DNA from: Octopus vulgaris
Lineage: Eukaryota
Length of the DNA: 64,000 bases
Direction: 5' to 3'
Assembly: GCA_951406725.2 (NCBI GenBank)
Contig: OX597830.1
Location: 310,001-374,000 of the forward strand
The position numbers and the translations under genes are program-made. Positions 39,780 to 52,973 of this stretch are shown piece by piece. Under the pieces are notes generated by a model. It was given only the letters and a program-made list of their open reading frames with translations, did no database searches and was not told where the DNA came from. The first letter of the stretch is position 1. Each line of letters starts with the position of its first letter.

Positions 39780-40650
39780 AGGTTAAAAAGTAACCCACAA
39801 GTTGATATGTAGAAGGAAAATAAAACAAGGTAGAAGATGCTAAAATAATTTTATCATGAAGAACATATTTTAGAACCGGTTTCAGTCTTAGAATAAAACA
39901 TGAAAGACAAATTGTGGAAAAATTAAATGTAATGTTTTAAAATATTTCCATAATTTTCAATTACAAGGGACATTCTCCTTTGTCTGTCTTTCTCTTTCTC
40001 TTTCATTCTTGTGAAGGTTTGTTAGTAGGTAGTAGTAGATCTAAAAGCATATGTCATATGAGGGATGTAAGTTCTTGGTTTTCATTGTTTAAGCAGCAGT
40101 AGCAGGAAGGAGGAGAAGAGAAAGAATAAGAAAAATACGGTAGTGGTATGGCAGTAGCAGGATGTTGGTGGAACCCTCTTAAATGGTCAAGTGACATAAA
40201 AGTGACCTGTTGTTATAATAGTAGTGACTGAACATATCGTTTTTAATAATTGCGTGGGGATTATTCTATGATCCTTGTAGTAGTGTCATTCGTGGTGGAC
40301 ACATTCAAAAGTGGGTTATATTTTGTGATAAAATATGCCTCTTTGCTAATGGCACTCATTATAGGTTGCGTCCCTGATCTTATTGAGGGGGAAAAATTCA
40401 GAAGTTGGGTTTTTCTTTAGTGACGCAAATGTCGATGTGTTCGCTAAATGCTATTTTTCTGCATTCCCGAATTTCAATCTGGGATCAATGCATTTGAAAT
40501 CTATGAAACAAAAAGCATTTAATTTAATTTTTCCACAATTTAATTATTTTTCTTGATTTACTCCAAGTTGAAATAGTCGCAAAGGCTGAAAGCGGTACTA
40601 AAATATTCTTCATGATAAAATTTTTTTACTTTTCATACGACTTTTAAGTA
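39780..40650 (-). mobile_element. PLE 3' remnant (same family as 15015-17360) with inverted pLTR
   Basis: 40300-40495 matches the EN C-terminus (AFSEHIDIC..FPL). 39780-39960 matches 15015-15150. Inverted copy at about 40500-40650 includes a decayed hammerhead at 40566-40599(+). Confidence 0.8.
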
Positions 40651-40722
40651 ACCCCATAGTCTTGTACCGTCCCAATGTGTTTTGTGCACGGATAGTGTTT
40701 AATAAAGAAAACATTATTATCC

Positions 40723-40789
<67 letters not shown>

Positions 40790-40790
40790 G

Positions 40791-41000
40791 AAGGCGGTGA
40801 GCTGGCAGAATCGTTAGCACGCTGGGCGAAATGCTTAGCGGTATTTCGTTCGTCTTTAAGTTCTGAGTTCAAATTCTGCAGAGGTCGACTTTACCTTTCA
40901 TCCTTGAGGGGTCGATAATATAGATAACAGTCGAGCACCGGTGACGATGTATTCGACATTCCCTCGAAATTCCTTGCCTTGTGCCAAAATTTGAAACCAT
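40791..41000 (+). mobile_element. OK-like tRNA-derived SINE, followed by a second decayed copy to about 41170
   Basis: aaggcggtgagctggcagaatcgttagcacg..gagttcaaattc..gtcgactttacctttcatcc. Preceded by (TTA)n. Confidence 0.85.
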
Positions 41001-41553
41001 TGTGAAAGCAGTTATTTGGCAAAATCCAACAGACAAAATTTGAGTGGCATTTCTTGGAACTCTTTACGTTCTGAATTCAAATCACCCCGAGATTGACTTT
41101 GCCTTTCATCTTCCTCTCTCTTGAGAAAACTATGAAATACTTGGATCGATGTAATCAGCAGCCCCGTCCGGTCTTGATTCTAGTAGCAGTATCTGTAGAA
41201 GGTTAAACACGTCTCTATCGAATTTTTTTATCTCGTTAAATTTTCATTCCGCAACTGAGATAGTAATGTCGCATTTATTTGAAAAAGAACAACAAAAACA
41301 AAACTCTTCGATTAGGGAAGATGTGAAATACACCATCAAATGTGAAACACACACACACACATACACATCTATTTGTGTGTATGTGTATATATACAAAAAT
41401 GTATGAACTTGTTTTAGTATGACTCACACACACACACACACATACATACACACAACTAATACTTGAAAGTGTGCGTGTGAATATTTTTTCCAGTTCACTT
41501 CTGTGTGCGTAGCACGGACCTTGTTCACTCTGCCGAATATGTGTGTGTGTGGT

Positions 41554-41618
<65 letters not shown>

Positions 41619-41621
<3 letters not shown>

Positions 41622-44600
41622 ATTAATCAATATAGGGTGGTAAAAAAATTTTGTAGAATTCTTTTGCCACCAGCGGCCTAGTAGGAAAAAATTAAAATAG
41701 TCATAGACCATTTTTAAGTTCAACATCAACAATAAAGGAACGGCCATAATAGGCCATTCACCCACTAGAAATAACAGCCAAAGCTTCAACCGCAAATAAA
41801 GGTTAATTCAGTAAACCAGGAGAAAATTTAAAAAACATTTACCCTGTAATTTCTTATACGATATACCGTTTCATCTGCTGATTAATGGTAAACTAACCTG
41901 ATTAAATTAAATCAAGCCAATCTTCCACAGGCCCTCAGATTCTTCAGTAAGAAATAGCCCAAGACGGAACAGATATTTTCACGAGGCATTTCCGACGTTG
42001 CCAATTTTATATAACTGACCTAAAATTTTCAAATCGTCGCACTCGCGCCAAATTTATCGGCAGCAAATAAATATAAGCCGTCGATTCCATTACGGAATTA
42101 ACCAGAAAATTCATAATTAATCAATATAGGGTGGTAAAAAAAATTTGTAGAATTCTTTTGCCACGGCTTATATTTATTTGCTGCCGATAAATTTGGCGCG
42201 AGTGCGACGATTTGAAAATTTTAGGTCAGATATAAACTTGGCAACGTCGGAAATGCCTCGTGAAAATATCTGTTCCGTCTTGGGCTATTTCTTACTGAAG
42301 AATCTGAGGGCCTGTGGAAGATTGGCTTGATTTAATTTAATCAGGTTAGTTTACCATTAATCAGCAGATGAAACGGTATATCGTATAAGAAATTACAGGG
42401 TAAATGCTTTTTAAATTTTCTCCTGGTTTACTGAATTAACTTTTATTTGCGGTTGAAGCTTTGGCTGTTATTTCTAGTGGGTGAATGGCCTATTATGGCC
42501 GTTCCTTTATTGTTGATGTTGAACTTAAAAATGGTCTATGACTATTTTAATTTTTTCCTACTAGGCCGCTGGTGGCAAAAGAATTCTACAAAATTTTTTT
42601 ACCACCCTATATTGATTAATTATGAATTTTCTGGTTAATTCCGTAATGGAATCGACGGCTTATATTTATTTGCTGCCGATAAATTTGGCGCGAGTGCGAC
42701 GATTTGAAAATTTTAGGTCAGATATAAACTTGGCAACGTCGGAAATGCCTCGTGAAAATATCTGTTCCGTCTTGGGCTATTTCTTACTGAAGAATCTGAG
42801 GGCCTGTGGAAGATTGGCTTGATTTAATTTAATCAGGTTAGTTTACCATTAATCAGCAGATGAAACGGTATATCGTATAAGAAATTACAGGGTAAATGTT
42901 TTTTAAATTTTCTCCTGGTTTACTGAATTAACTTTTATTTGCGGTTGAAGCTTTGGCTGTTATTTCTAGTGGGTGAATGGCCTATTATGGCCGTTCCTTT
43001 ATTGTTGATGTTGAACTTAAAAATGGTCTATGACTATTTTAATTTTTTCCTACTAGGCCGCTGGTGGCAAAAGAATTCTACAAAATTTTTTTACCACCCT
43101 ATATTGATTAATTATGAATTTTCTGGTTAATTCCGTAATGGAATCGACGGCTTATATTTATTTGCTGCCGATAAATTTGGCGCGAGTGCGACGATTTGAA
43201 AATTTTAGGTCAGATATAAACTTGGCAACGTCGGAAATGCCTCGTGAAAATATCTGTTCCGTCTTGGGCTATTTCTTACTGAAGAATCTGAGGGCCTGTG
43301 GAAGATTGGCTTGATTTAATTTAATCAGGTTAGTTTACCATTAATCAGCAGATGAAACGGTATATCGTATAAGAAATTACAGGGTAAATGTTTTTTAAAT
43401 TTTCTCCTGGTTTACTGAATTAACTTTTATTTGCGGTTGAAGCTTTGGCTGTTATTTCTAGTGGGTGAATGGCCTATTATGGCCGTTCCTTTATTGTTGA
43501 TGTTGAACTTAAAAATGGTCTATGACTATTTTAATTTTTTCCTACTAGGCCGCTGGTGGCAAAAGAATTCTACAAAATTTTTTTACCACCCTATATTGAT
43601 TAATTATGAATTTTCTGGTTAATTCCGTAATGGAATCGACGGCTTATATTTATTTGCTGCCGATAAATTTGGCGCGAGTGCGACGATTTGAAAATTTTAG
43701 GTCAGATATAAACTTGGCAACGTCGGAATTGCCTCGTGAAAATATCTGTTCCGTCTTGGGCTATTTCTTACTGAAGAATCTGAGGGCCTGTGGAAGATTG
43801 GCTTGATTTAATTTAATCAGGTTAGTTTACCATTAATCAGCAGATGAAACGGTATATCGTATAAGAAATTACAGGGTAAATGTTTTTTAAATTTTCTCCT
43901 GGTTTACTGAATTAACTTTTATTTGCGGTTGAAGCTTTGGCTGTTATTTCTAGTGGGTGAATGGCCTATTATGGCCGTTCCTTTATTGTTGATGTTGAAC
44001 TTAAAAATGGTCTATGACTATTTTAATTTTTTCCTACTAGGCCGCTGGTGGCAAAAGAATTCTACAAAATTTTTTTACCACCCTATATTGATTAATTATG
44101 AATTTTCTGGTTAATTCCGTAATGGAATCGACGGCTTATATTTATTTGCTGCCGATAAATTTGGCGCGAGTGCGACGATTTGAAAATTTTAGGTCAGATA
44201 TAAACTTGGCAACGTCGGAAATGCCTCGTGAAAATATCTGTTCCGTCTTGGGCTATTTCTTACTGAAGAATCTGAGGGCCTGTGGAAGATTGGCTTGATT
44301 TAATTTAATCAGGTTAGTTTACCATTAATCAGCAGATGAAACGGTATATCGTATAAGAAATTACAGGGTAAATGTTTTTTAAATTTTCTCCTGGTTTACT
44401 GAATTAACTTTTATTTGCGGTTGAAGCTTTGGCTGTTATTTCTAGTGGGTGAATGGCCTATTATGGCCGTTCCTTTATTGTTGATGTTGAACTTAAAAAT
44501 GGTCTATGACTATTTTAATTTTTTCCTACTAGGCCGCTGGTGGCAAAAGAATTCTACAAAATTTTTTACCACCCTATATTGATTAATTATGAATTTTCTG

Positions 44601-44976
44601 GTTAATTCCGTAATGGAATCGACGGCTTATATTTATTTGCTGCCGATAAATTTGGCGCGAGTGCGACGATTTGAAAATTTTAGGTCAGATATAAACTTGG
44701 CAACGTCGGAAATGCCTCGTGAAAATATCTGTTCCGTCTTGGGCTATTTCTTACTGAAGAATCTGAGGGCCTGTGGAAGATTGGCTTGATTTAATTTAAT
44801 CAGGTTAGTTTACCATTAATCAGCAGATGAAACGGTATATCGTATAAGAAATTACAGGGTAAATGTTTTTTAAATTTTCTCCTGGTTTACTGAATTAACT
44901 TTTATTTGCGGTTGAAGCTTTGGCTGTTATTTCTAGTGGGTGAATGGCCTATTATGGCCGTTCCTTTATTGTTGAT
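41619..44976. repeat. 492-bp tandem array (about 5.7 direct units) preceded by about 1.1 inverted units
   Basis: Units start at 42165, 42657, 43149, 43641, 44133 and 44624 and are near-identical. 41619-42164 is the reverse complement. (TA)n on both sides. Confidence 0.98.
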
Positions 44977-45074
44977 ATATATATATATATATATAAATGT
45001 ATGTTTAGTTATCTGCGTGGCTCTAACAGTATCTAATTATATATCAATGGTTGTATTCTGATATGACTACATAT

Positions 45075-45312
45075 AAATACCTATTTCTTTATTACCCACA
45101 AGGGGCTAAACACAGAGGAGACAAACAAGGACAGACATAGGTATTAAGTCGATTACATCGACCCCAGTGCGTAACTGGTACTTAATTTATCGACCCCGAA
45201 AGGATGAAAGGCAAAGTCGACCTCGGCGGAATTTGAACTCAGAACGTAGCGGCAGACGAAATACCGATAAGCATTTCGCCCGGTGTGCTAACGATTCTGC
45301 CAGCTCACCTTT
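45075..45312 (-). mobile_element. OK-like SINE, young full-length copy
   Basis: Reverse complement of the 40791 family head, with tail agccccttgtgggtaataaagaaataggtattt. Confidence 0.9.
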
Positions 45313-46169
45313 GCACATACACCTGTAATCAGTGTGTGCGAAAGAGAAAGAGGGGAATGTTATTGTAAGTTTAATCAGTGAACGTTTGCATTGTTTGGGT
45401 AAACATTTCCCAGTAAATCAAATCATCAAAGGTCATAAAGTCTTACAGTTATTAGTCTGGACTAATGTTTACCTGTGACAGCACACAATATCATTTGGGG
45501 GTCACTAGGGGCTAAGATAAGGGTCATAAATTTCCTAAAATTATAGCTCTAAGTTTCCTAGCTCCACTTATCTTTTAACTGACATTATGGACAGCTTAGG
45601 CACCAATATCACAGTGGTACCCGTGAATGCAAACATTTGGAAGTTTTAATGCATGCAGGCACATTGCAATATCGCCTTTTCGTACCGATAGAAATATATT
45701 ATTTTTTCTTTTCATTTGTTGAAATATCATTGAAAAGATAAGAATACAATAATAAACATTCAAAATGAGGATGTGAAATCAGGTACTTCGAGACGAGCCG
45801 CTAGTATAGCCATGTTAACAGATGTTTCCACCAACAAACAAGGCATCCTTTATATGGTGGATAGACCCATTAGAAATAGCAGTCTAATTACATCAAATCA
45901 CACGTTAATATACAGTCGCATAAGCAGAAAATCGCATTGGACAACGTAGATGGAAGTTCTAGCAGAGATAGAAACTTTCCCTTGCCATGGATTTGATTTA
46001 ATATTTGTTTTCTAAGCAAAATTCCGCTGAAATTCAACATGCACAGAGGGTGTGACTATTTTGAGTAGAGCCATCACATGATTGGTGTTTTTACTGTTTT
46101 TCAGTCCTTTTAGAGCCCTACATTCTTTTGCACAGATGTGGTAACAATAGCACCTTTATTCCATCATGG

Positions 46170-46960
46170 ACTTTTTCATTAAGTGTTTTGCCTTCCTAGA
46201 CTGCGATCATCCATAATGTGCATCACGAAAAGGATGTAATTAAAAAAGTAAAAATATCGAGCGATTCCTTTGCCTGAAGATTTATAAAGTGAGAAACGCC
46301 ATGAACTTGAAAGATGTCTAATTGAAGGTGAAATACCTCTTACTCCCGGCACTTGGGTGGTCATCTACTTTTAGAAAAGCTTAACATTCCATCAAGCAGC
46401 ATGTGTAACGAAAGCTGTCTTCCTTAGCAAGCAGGTTTTAATAGATTTGCCGGTTTAATCGCCAACGGCCCGACCATGCGATGCTTTGTATTAGGTTATC
46501 TGTTACTAGTAGTAATAAGTGTGACCTTACAAATATGTATAGAAGCCAACTACTCCCTTTTGTAAGAAGTGTGCCATTTTTTCGTTCAAAAATGCATAGC
46601 CATATGCATACAGGTGGCTCTGAAGCCCAGCTTTCCTTCTGCGAGTGCATTCACAGATGTAACTCTCGAACACTCAGCGTTTACAAATCTCCATTTCAGT
46701 TATGATCTCACGATTTTCCCCATGTCTGGTCAGGTTGCCAGCCGATATGCAAATGAAGCCACTCTTTAGAAATGAACTGTGGTGACAGAACCACACCTCT
46801 CCAGCTGCTTGTTTTCTCTCGGGTTCCCGTGAATTTTGGTAGTGGACTCTAGATAGTCTCTTTACAAATCTAGAGATGTATCCATCACTCCGAAACATTT
46901 GTTTTTCTCATAGATATTAGTCTCCATAAGGTTCTCACCAAGTCCCGTTGTGAATATCTG
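46170..46960 (-). mobile_element. Possible decayed DNA-transposon ORF (SWIM-like Cys/His remnant)
   Basis: Microsatellite-free island. Minus-strand fragments ICEC..AG..TCMH are only weakly suggestive. Confidence 0.25.
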
Positions 46961-47112
46961 TCTGGTCTATTTTAAACTTATCAAATGCAGTACACGTTGA
47001 AGCTAATAGTACGTCGTATTTAAATACTATCTATAAAATGATATTTATCTCTGACTTGATGAAGTACTTTTGTTGACCCGACAAATAATGGAACACTAAA
47101 CTATGTGCGTGA

Positions 47113-47193
<81 letters not shown>

Positions 47194-48732
47194 ATTTGTA
47201 AGGAGTGCATATTTCGAAAGTCTTCATTCCGTTAGTAGAAGTTTTTGAATTACTTTGTACTAAACACTAACAGTAATCTTTAACTCAAAACATTAATTTC
47301 TAATCGATCTTTAATCAATTAAATGCTGCTTTAAGGGCACTAATTTTTACTGTCTAATTAGTCAGTAATATTTAAAAATATAAAGGAATGTAACAAAGGC
47401 GGTACTTAAAAGTATTTTCACAGTCCTCCATAGAAGAGAGAAGAGTATTCTGAAATCAGAGACCTGGATTGTCAGATTCTAACAGAGCTGGTTTCTGTCA
47501 ATGACAGCTAAGTGTCGGGTTGCTGTGTGAAACCAAACGACCCCAAGCAAAAACAGGAACAGTCCATCGGGTGAGTTCCTGCACGTTTACCGTCGAAGGC
47601 GGTTGACGTTGGTGCCATGCGGGGGAATCACATCTGAACACAAAGAAGCGAAAGGAACTACACCCTGTGCATAGTAATGCCAACGATATAAATTAAGTTC
47701 CGGTCTTGTAAAATAATATAACTTCTAGGAAGGGTCTAACCCACTAACCGAAATATTTAAGATATAAAAGAAACAGAAATACAGAAAAAAGAAAGAAAAA
47801 CAGCAGTAGGAAAATCTGTTTTCTTTATTGGTTACTTCTCTTCAACAGTTTCAAAAGAGACAGAAAATATAAAAATATATACAAAACACACAGCAGAACT
47901 AAAATTGAACAAATATCTAAGCAATTCTTAGATTGCATCTTTTATAGAAATTTTATTCGGTGCTAGAGCTAAGCACCAAATAATCAGCTTCAGCTAATTT
48001 GATTAACGCTCAAATAACATAGACCAAGACACAACTCTAGCATGCACAAAGATAAAGTTTAAAAAAATGTCCAGCAATGTGTGTTTTTATTGCTATTGGC
48101 TACATTTTACTCTCTACTTGTCATAGCTGACATCTAAGGAAATCATTAAATATATAATAAAAAAGGAATAACGACTAGAGATTTAGAAAGATTTAGAGAG
48201 AGGGAGAGAGAGAGAGAGTGGGGGAGAAGACATTAAATAAAGGTTAACAAAATATTTTAAATATATAAAAATAAAATAAATGAAAACAAAAAAATCATTT
48301 TATTATTGATTAGAAAAAAAATATCGGTAAGGAAATATGTAATTGACGAATGAATTACACTAAATCACACAACCTCTCACAGGTATATATATATAGTTAC
48401 GCCCGCGCGCGCACACTTTCTCTCTCTCTCTCTCTCTCGCTCTAACACACACATATATAGGTATCTATGTATATATCTAGAATTATATATTGTTATACAT
48501 ACTCACGTATATAGATGCATGCAGATACATGTATAAATACAGTTATACGCTTTAGTTGTCAGGAGAGTTGAGACAACTCATCTAATGCTAAATACATAAT
48601 AAAATTACGGACATATTTACACTGGTGAATTTGTTTGTTCGCCTCAGTGTTTGATTTGTATATATATTCATACATTTTTCCAATTGCTTATGAACACACA
48701 CACACGCTCATATGTATGTAGGTATGTATGTA

Positions 48733-48895
48733 TTTATAAACAAGGATACAAAACGGTACCAGCATCACTAGAAACAAGAGTAAAAAACAATTCAAAATGC
48801 CACAAACGCATGAAGTGACGTTTTGTGGATTTTGGAGTCGGTTTTTGGCTCTTGTTTCTAGCAATGTTGATACCATTTTGTACCCTGTTTATAAA
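48733..48895. repeat. About 163-bp imperfect palindrome (MITE-like or fold-back)
   Basis: Left arm tttataaacaaggatacaaaacggtaccagcatcactagaaacaagag..ccacaaacg pairs with right arm cgttttgtgg..ctcttgtttctagcaatgttgataccattttgtaccctgtttataaa; about 10-nt loop. Confidence 0.88.
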
Positions 48896-49115
48896 TTTGT
48901 CTTTCCGTTTCACTTGGTGACGGGTTACCTATATCATTTATATATATATACATTTGCAATTCCAGTTATTGTAGCAAATTTTACAAGTAGACTTCCGATA
49001 TTACTTCTACATGCCAAAATACGAAGAGATTCTTACAGTAGAGTTTCGAGATTAGGTATTTTCCTTTACATCCTAGTAGACCTATCATATATCCATCACA
49101 TGACTTATGATTATT

Positions 49116-49150
<35 letters not shown>

Positions 49151-49832
49151 ATGCAGACATGCAAGAAATGAAAAGAAAACTTAATGTACAACACGTTAAT
49201 GCAAAAAGGACAAAAATTGCGAAAATTAATTGAAAAAAAATCATGATTTTTCATAACTATTTTCATAATAAACTCCTAATATGGTTATCGAGATGGCAGT
49301 TACCTTCGATGCAATGAACACAAATAAATTAAGGACGTAAAGTGTGATAAATGAAAGAGGTGCATAGTGAAGAAGTTAAAAAGTTGAAGAAAAGTAAAAT
49401 TAAAATGAAATGCAATAAGCATTCGAGATATAAAATGAAGGGAACAGAAAGGCCGGGCAAGAGAAAAGAAAACGACAAGAAGAGGAAGGTTTAGGAGTAA
49501 CTCTAAGAGAAAGTTTTACGAAACTGTGTTAACGACATAATTGAAGAATATAGGAAAGAGAAGAGATGTAATTATAGAAAAGGAGAAGGAATAAAATTTC
49601 GATTATTTCAGAAAGAATTTTAAATGAAAATGATATCAACGGTGTAGGGGGAGAAAGTGAGAATGAAAGAGACAGAAAGAGAGAGCGAAAGGGAGTGATT
49701 AAGAGTGCAAGAAGAAGGAGAGCTGAAACATGTGAAAGCGGAAGAACAAGGGACAGGGCTAAAGTGATAGAGAGAGATAGAGAGAGAAGGAGGGAGGGAG
49801 AGAAAGAAAGAGAGAGAAAGACAGAGAAAGAC

Positions 49833-49874
<42 letters not shown>

Positions 49875-50189
49875 CAAGAGGGAGACAGACAGAGTGAAGG
49901 TGAGTGACAGTAAACGTAAAGAAGATTGTGAGTGATGGGAAATGTGATTGGTGCGATCATTTGAAAGTATTAAATATATTAAAACGTAATGATATCGAAT
50001 TAGAAATATAACAACAGAATTATGGTGTAATGGAGCGAAAATATGGGAGAAACACCTGCATGGAATTCCTTCCTGTAGTTAATGATATTTAATACAGCTA
50101 AATGACTGCATTACATATTCGCTATATGCTGTGTGTGTGTGTGTGTGTGTGGGTCTAAATATTAACATATATATATAGATCTTTTATCT

Positions 50190-50530
50190 TTTATCGTTTA
50201 CGTCTCACTCATCCGACTGCAGCCATCGGCACGGACTTGAAGAATTTGAGTCGAACAAATTAACCACAGTACTTATTTTTTCCATAAGCCTGGTACTTAT
50301 TCTATCGGTTCTCTTTGCTGAACCGATAAGTTACAGATACGCAAACACACAGGCACAAATTGTCAAGCGACAGTAGAGAACACACACACACACACACACA
50401 CACACATACGACGGGCTTCTTTTGAGTTTCCGTCTACTAAATCCATTCACAAGGCTATAGCAGAAAACACACGCCCAAGGTGACATGCAGTGGGACTGCA
50501 TCCGGAGCCATGTAGTTGGGAAACGTCTTA
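50190..50530 (-). mobile_element. SINE with internal (CA)n
   Basis: B-box-like element on minus (reverse complement of gcagtgggactgcatcc). Body shared with the 22390 and 59865 copies. Confidence 0.75.
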
Positions 50531-50554
50531 ACCCACAGTCACACTTATAAATCG

Positions 50555-50830
50555 TGGCACTCCGTCGGTTACGACGACGAGGGTTCCAGCTGATCCAATC
50601 AACGGAATAGCCTTCTCGTCACACAGAGTGTGACAAAGCTGGCGCTTTGAAATACAGGTACGACAGAAGCAGGAAGAGAGAAAGCTGTGGTGAAAGAGTA
50701 CAGCAGGGTTCGCCACTCCCCACTGCCGGAGCCTTGTGGTGCTTTAGGTGTTTTCGCTCAAACACTGACAACGACTGAACTGGGAATCAAAACCGCGATT
50801 TTACGACCGCGAGTCCACTGCCCTAACCAC
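50555..50830 (-). mobile_element. tRNA-derived SINE (family of 18825-19190)
   Basis: Reverse-complement match including cactccgtcggttacgacgacgagggttccag and gggaatcaaaaccgcgat. Confidence 0.85.
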
Positions 50831-50959
50831 ACAGAGTTCATTGCTCCTCCATACACACACGTATATCTTAGATTTGCTGTAAACTGTAAAGCTTTACTAC
50901 CATGACAAAAATATCATCACCAGTTTTGGTTGCTTAAATTAATCCATTAAGTAACAAAA

Positions 50960-51352
50960 ATTCTTTTCAACTCTAGGCTCAAGGCCCGAAATTCTTGGGG
51001 AAAGGGCCAGTTGATTAGATCGACCTCAGTACGCGACTGGTACTTAATTTATCGACCCCGAAAGTATGAAAGGCAAAGTCGAGCACGGCGGAATTCGAAC
51101 TCAGAACGTAGCGGCAGACAACATACCTATTTCTTTACTACTCACAAGGGGCTAAACACAGAGACGACAAACAAGGACAGGCAAACGGATTAAGTCGATT
51201 ACATCGACCCCAGTGCGTAACTGGTACTTATTTAATCGACCCCGAAAGGATGAAAGGCAAGGTTGACCTCGGCGGAATTTGATTATCGACTCCAGTGCAT
51301 ACCGATAAACATTTCGCCCGGCGTGCTAATGTGTCTACCAGCTCGCCGCCTT
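50960..51352 (-). mobile_element. Two nested or tandem OK-like SINEs
   Basis: atcgaccccgaaag..gaaaggcaa occurs twice. The tail of the second copy joins the first at acatacctatttc (about 51121). Confidence 0.85.
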
Positions 51353-52973
51353 AACTAGCAAAAATTCTATATTAATTCACGATATTCAAAATATAAGCCT
51401 TAGCTTTTTCTCTGTCGCCACGCTTTAGTTCCCTTCTTCCCTTAATCCTTATTCCATTTTTCTTCAAATTTTTCAAAAGATTAATTTTTTACTTCCTCAT
51501 CGCAATGCTACATAAAAATGTAGCATTAATAAAAATGTATCATCGATATACCAGCGATTATTGGTTTCCTGAAAATATTCGAATTACAAGTTTATTTGGA
51601 AATATATTGCGCCTATTCAACGGTATATAGTAACTATATATTAAGCTTAACTGTGAGAGCGCAATTCGATGAATTTCATAGAACCAATCTCAGCCAATGA
51701 AGCTTTGGAAAAAAAAAAGTTATGCGTGTTTGTTTCCCAAATTTGAGGCTGATAATATAGTTCTATTCATTTTTATGAATATAGTTCTGTAAGGAGACTT
51801 ATATATGGCACCGGCGTCATTGAGATAAAGAAAAATTTATCAACGATACCGCTAATTGACATAGTTAACACGTTATTAATTAGCAAAATAGCATAAGCTG
51901 GAAAAAGCATGGATTATATCGAAAAATGCGATCAAGAGAAATAATATTCTTAACATATAAATCAGGAAAATTACAGGACAAGTTATTACACTTGGAAAAG
52001 TCCAGGACTTGGAAAAGTTCAGGACTTGGAAAAGTTCATCTGGTAAAGTACAGAACAAAAAAAAATTACTTAAAATATTGCAAAATCGCGCACGCGCACA
52101 CACACACATAGGGACACTCCTGGATACACATAGATACGCATATAACTTCATGCATAGAAACAAACAAGTTAGCAAACTCAGAAACTAACACACAGAAACT
52201 TACAAATGTACACACATATATACATTCTTACAATTACAGGCACTAATGTACATGGATGGACACATATCTACACCCTCATACATACACATATATACACACA
52301 TGCACAATTCTATTTTGCATACACACCGCATTTTGTTACCATGTGTCCCTTGTATTTTCTTTATGAATCTGTATATTTGAAATACTTTATTATCGTAAAG
52401 CTTAGCAGGTGGAAGAACATTTTACGCTGGACGAGAGACATAAGCAGTTTGTTGATTGATAAGTTTATGAAGAACATACTAAAGCTGTAGAGCTGTAAAT
52501 GGGAATTCCCTGCGACAAACCCGCCTTCTGATCAAAGGTATGTGTTGACCTGCTCGCTAAAACAAAGCAAAGCGCATTGTGGCCAGCGGTGTATAACAAC
52601 ATCCGATAGTCTGGGCGGTCACGATATCACGTGATACTTCTTTGCATCAAGTTTGTGCATGGATTAGATATATGTGTTTGTGTATGTATGTATGTATGTA
52701 TGTATGTATATATATATATTTTTTAAAATTTTATTTTATTTTATCTAGTTTCAGCTCACGAGCTGTGGCCATGCTGGGGCATCGCCATTTGGTGTTGCTA
52801 CATGATTTTACTTCAGGAATGCATTTTTAGCAATTGCCATTTGGTGCATGAGAGAGTTCGATGCAGCTGCCCTCATCTGAACCTCCTGCCGTGAAGTTGG
52901 TTCATCTGGGACACCTGACAGGAAGAGATCCAGTTTTATTTTAAAGACATCTGCATCCACCCATGCAGGTCGC

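Noticed and set aside
42290-42330. Hammerhead (retrozyme) in the 492-bp unit at ctgaaga
   Set aside because: CUGAAGA is followed by a possible stem but not by GAAA, stem III and NUH. I found no core on the other strand.
42165-44976. CRISPR array, or repeated small genes (63-aa and 66-aa ORFs)
   Set aside because: Units are 492 bp and identical end to end with no unique spacers and no cas genes. The ORFs recur only because the unit does, and the 63-aa one starts at TTG.
51990-52040. 17-bp x3 repeat here and 14-bp x2.7 repeat at 63610-63647 as regulatory arrays
   Set aside because: Short spacer-less tandem duplications, expected from replication slippage.
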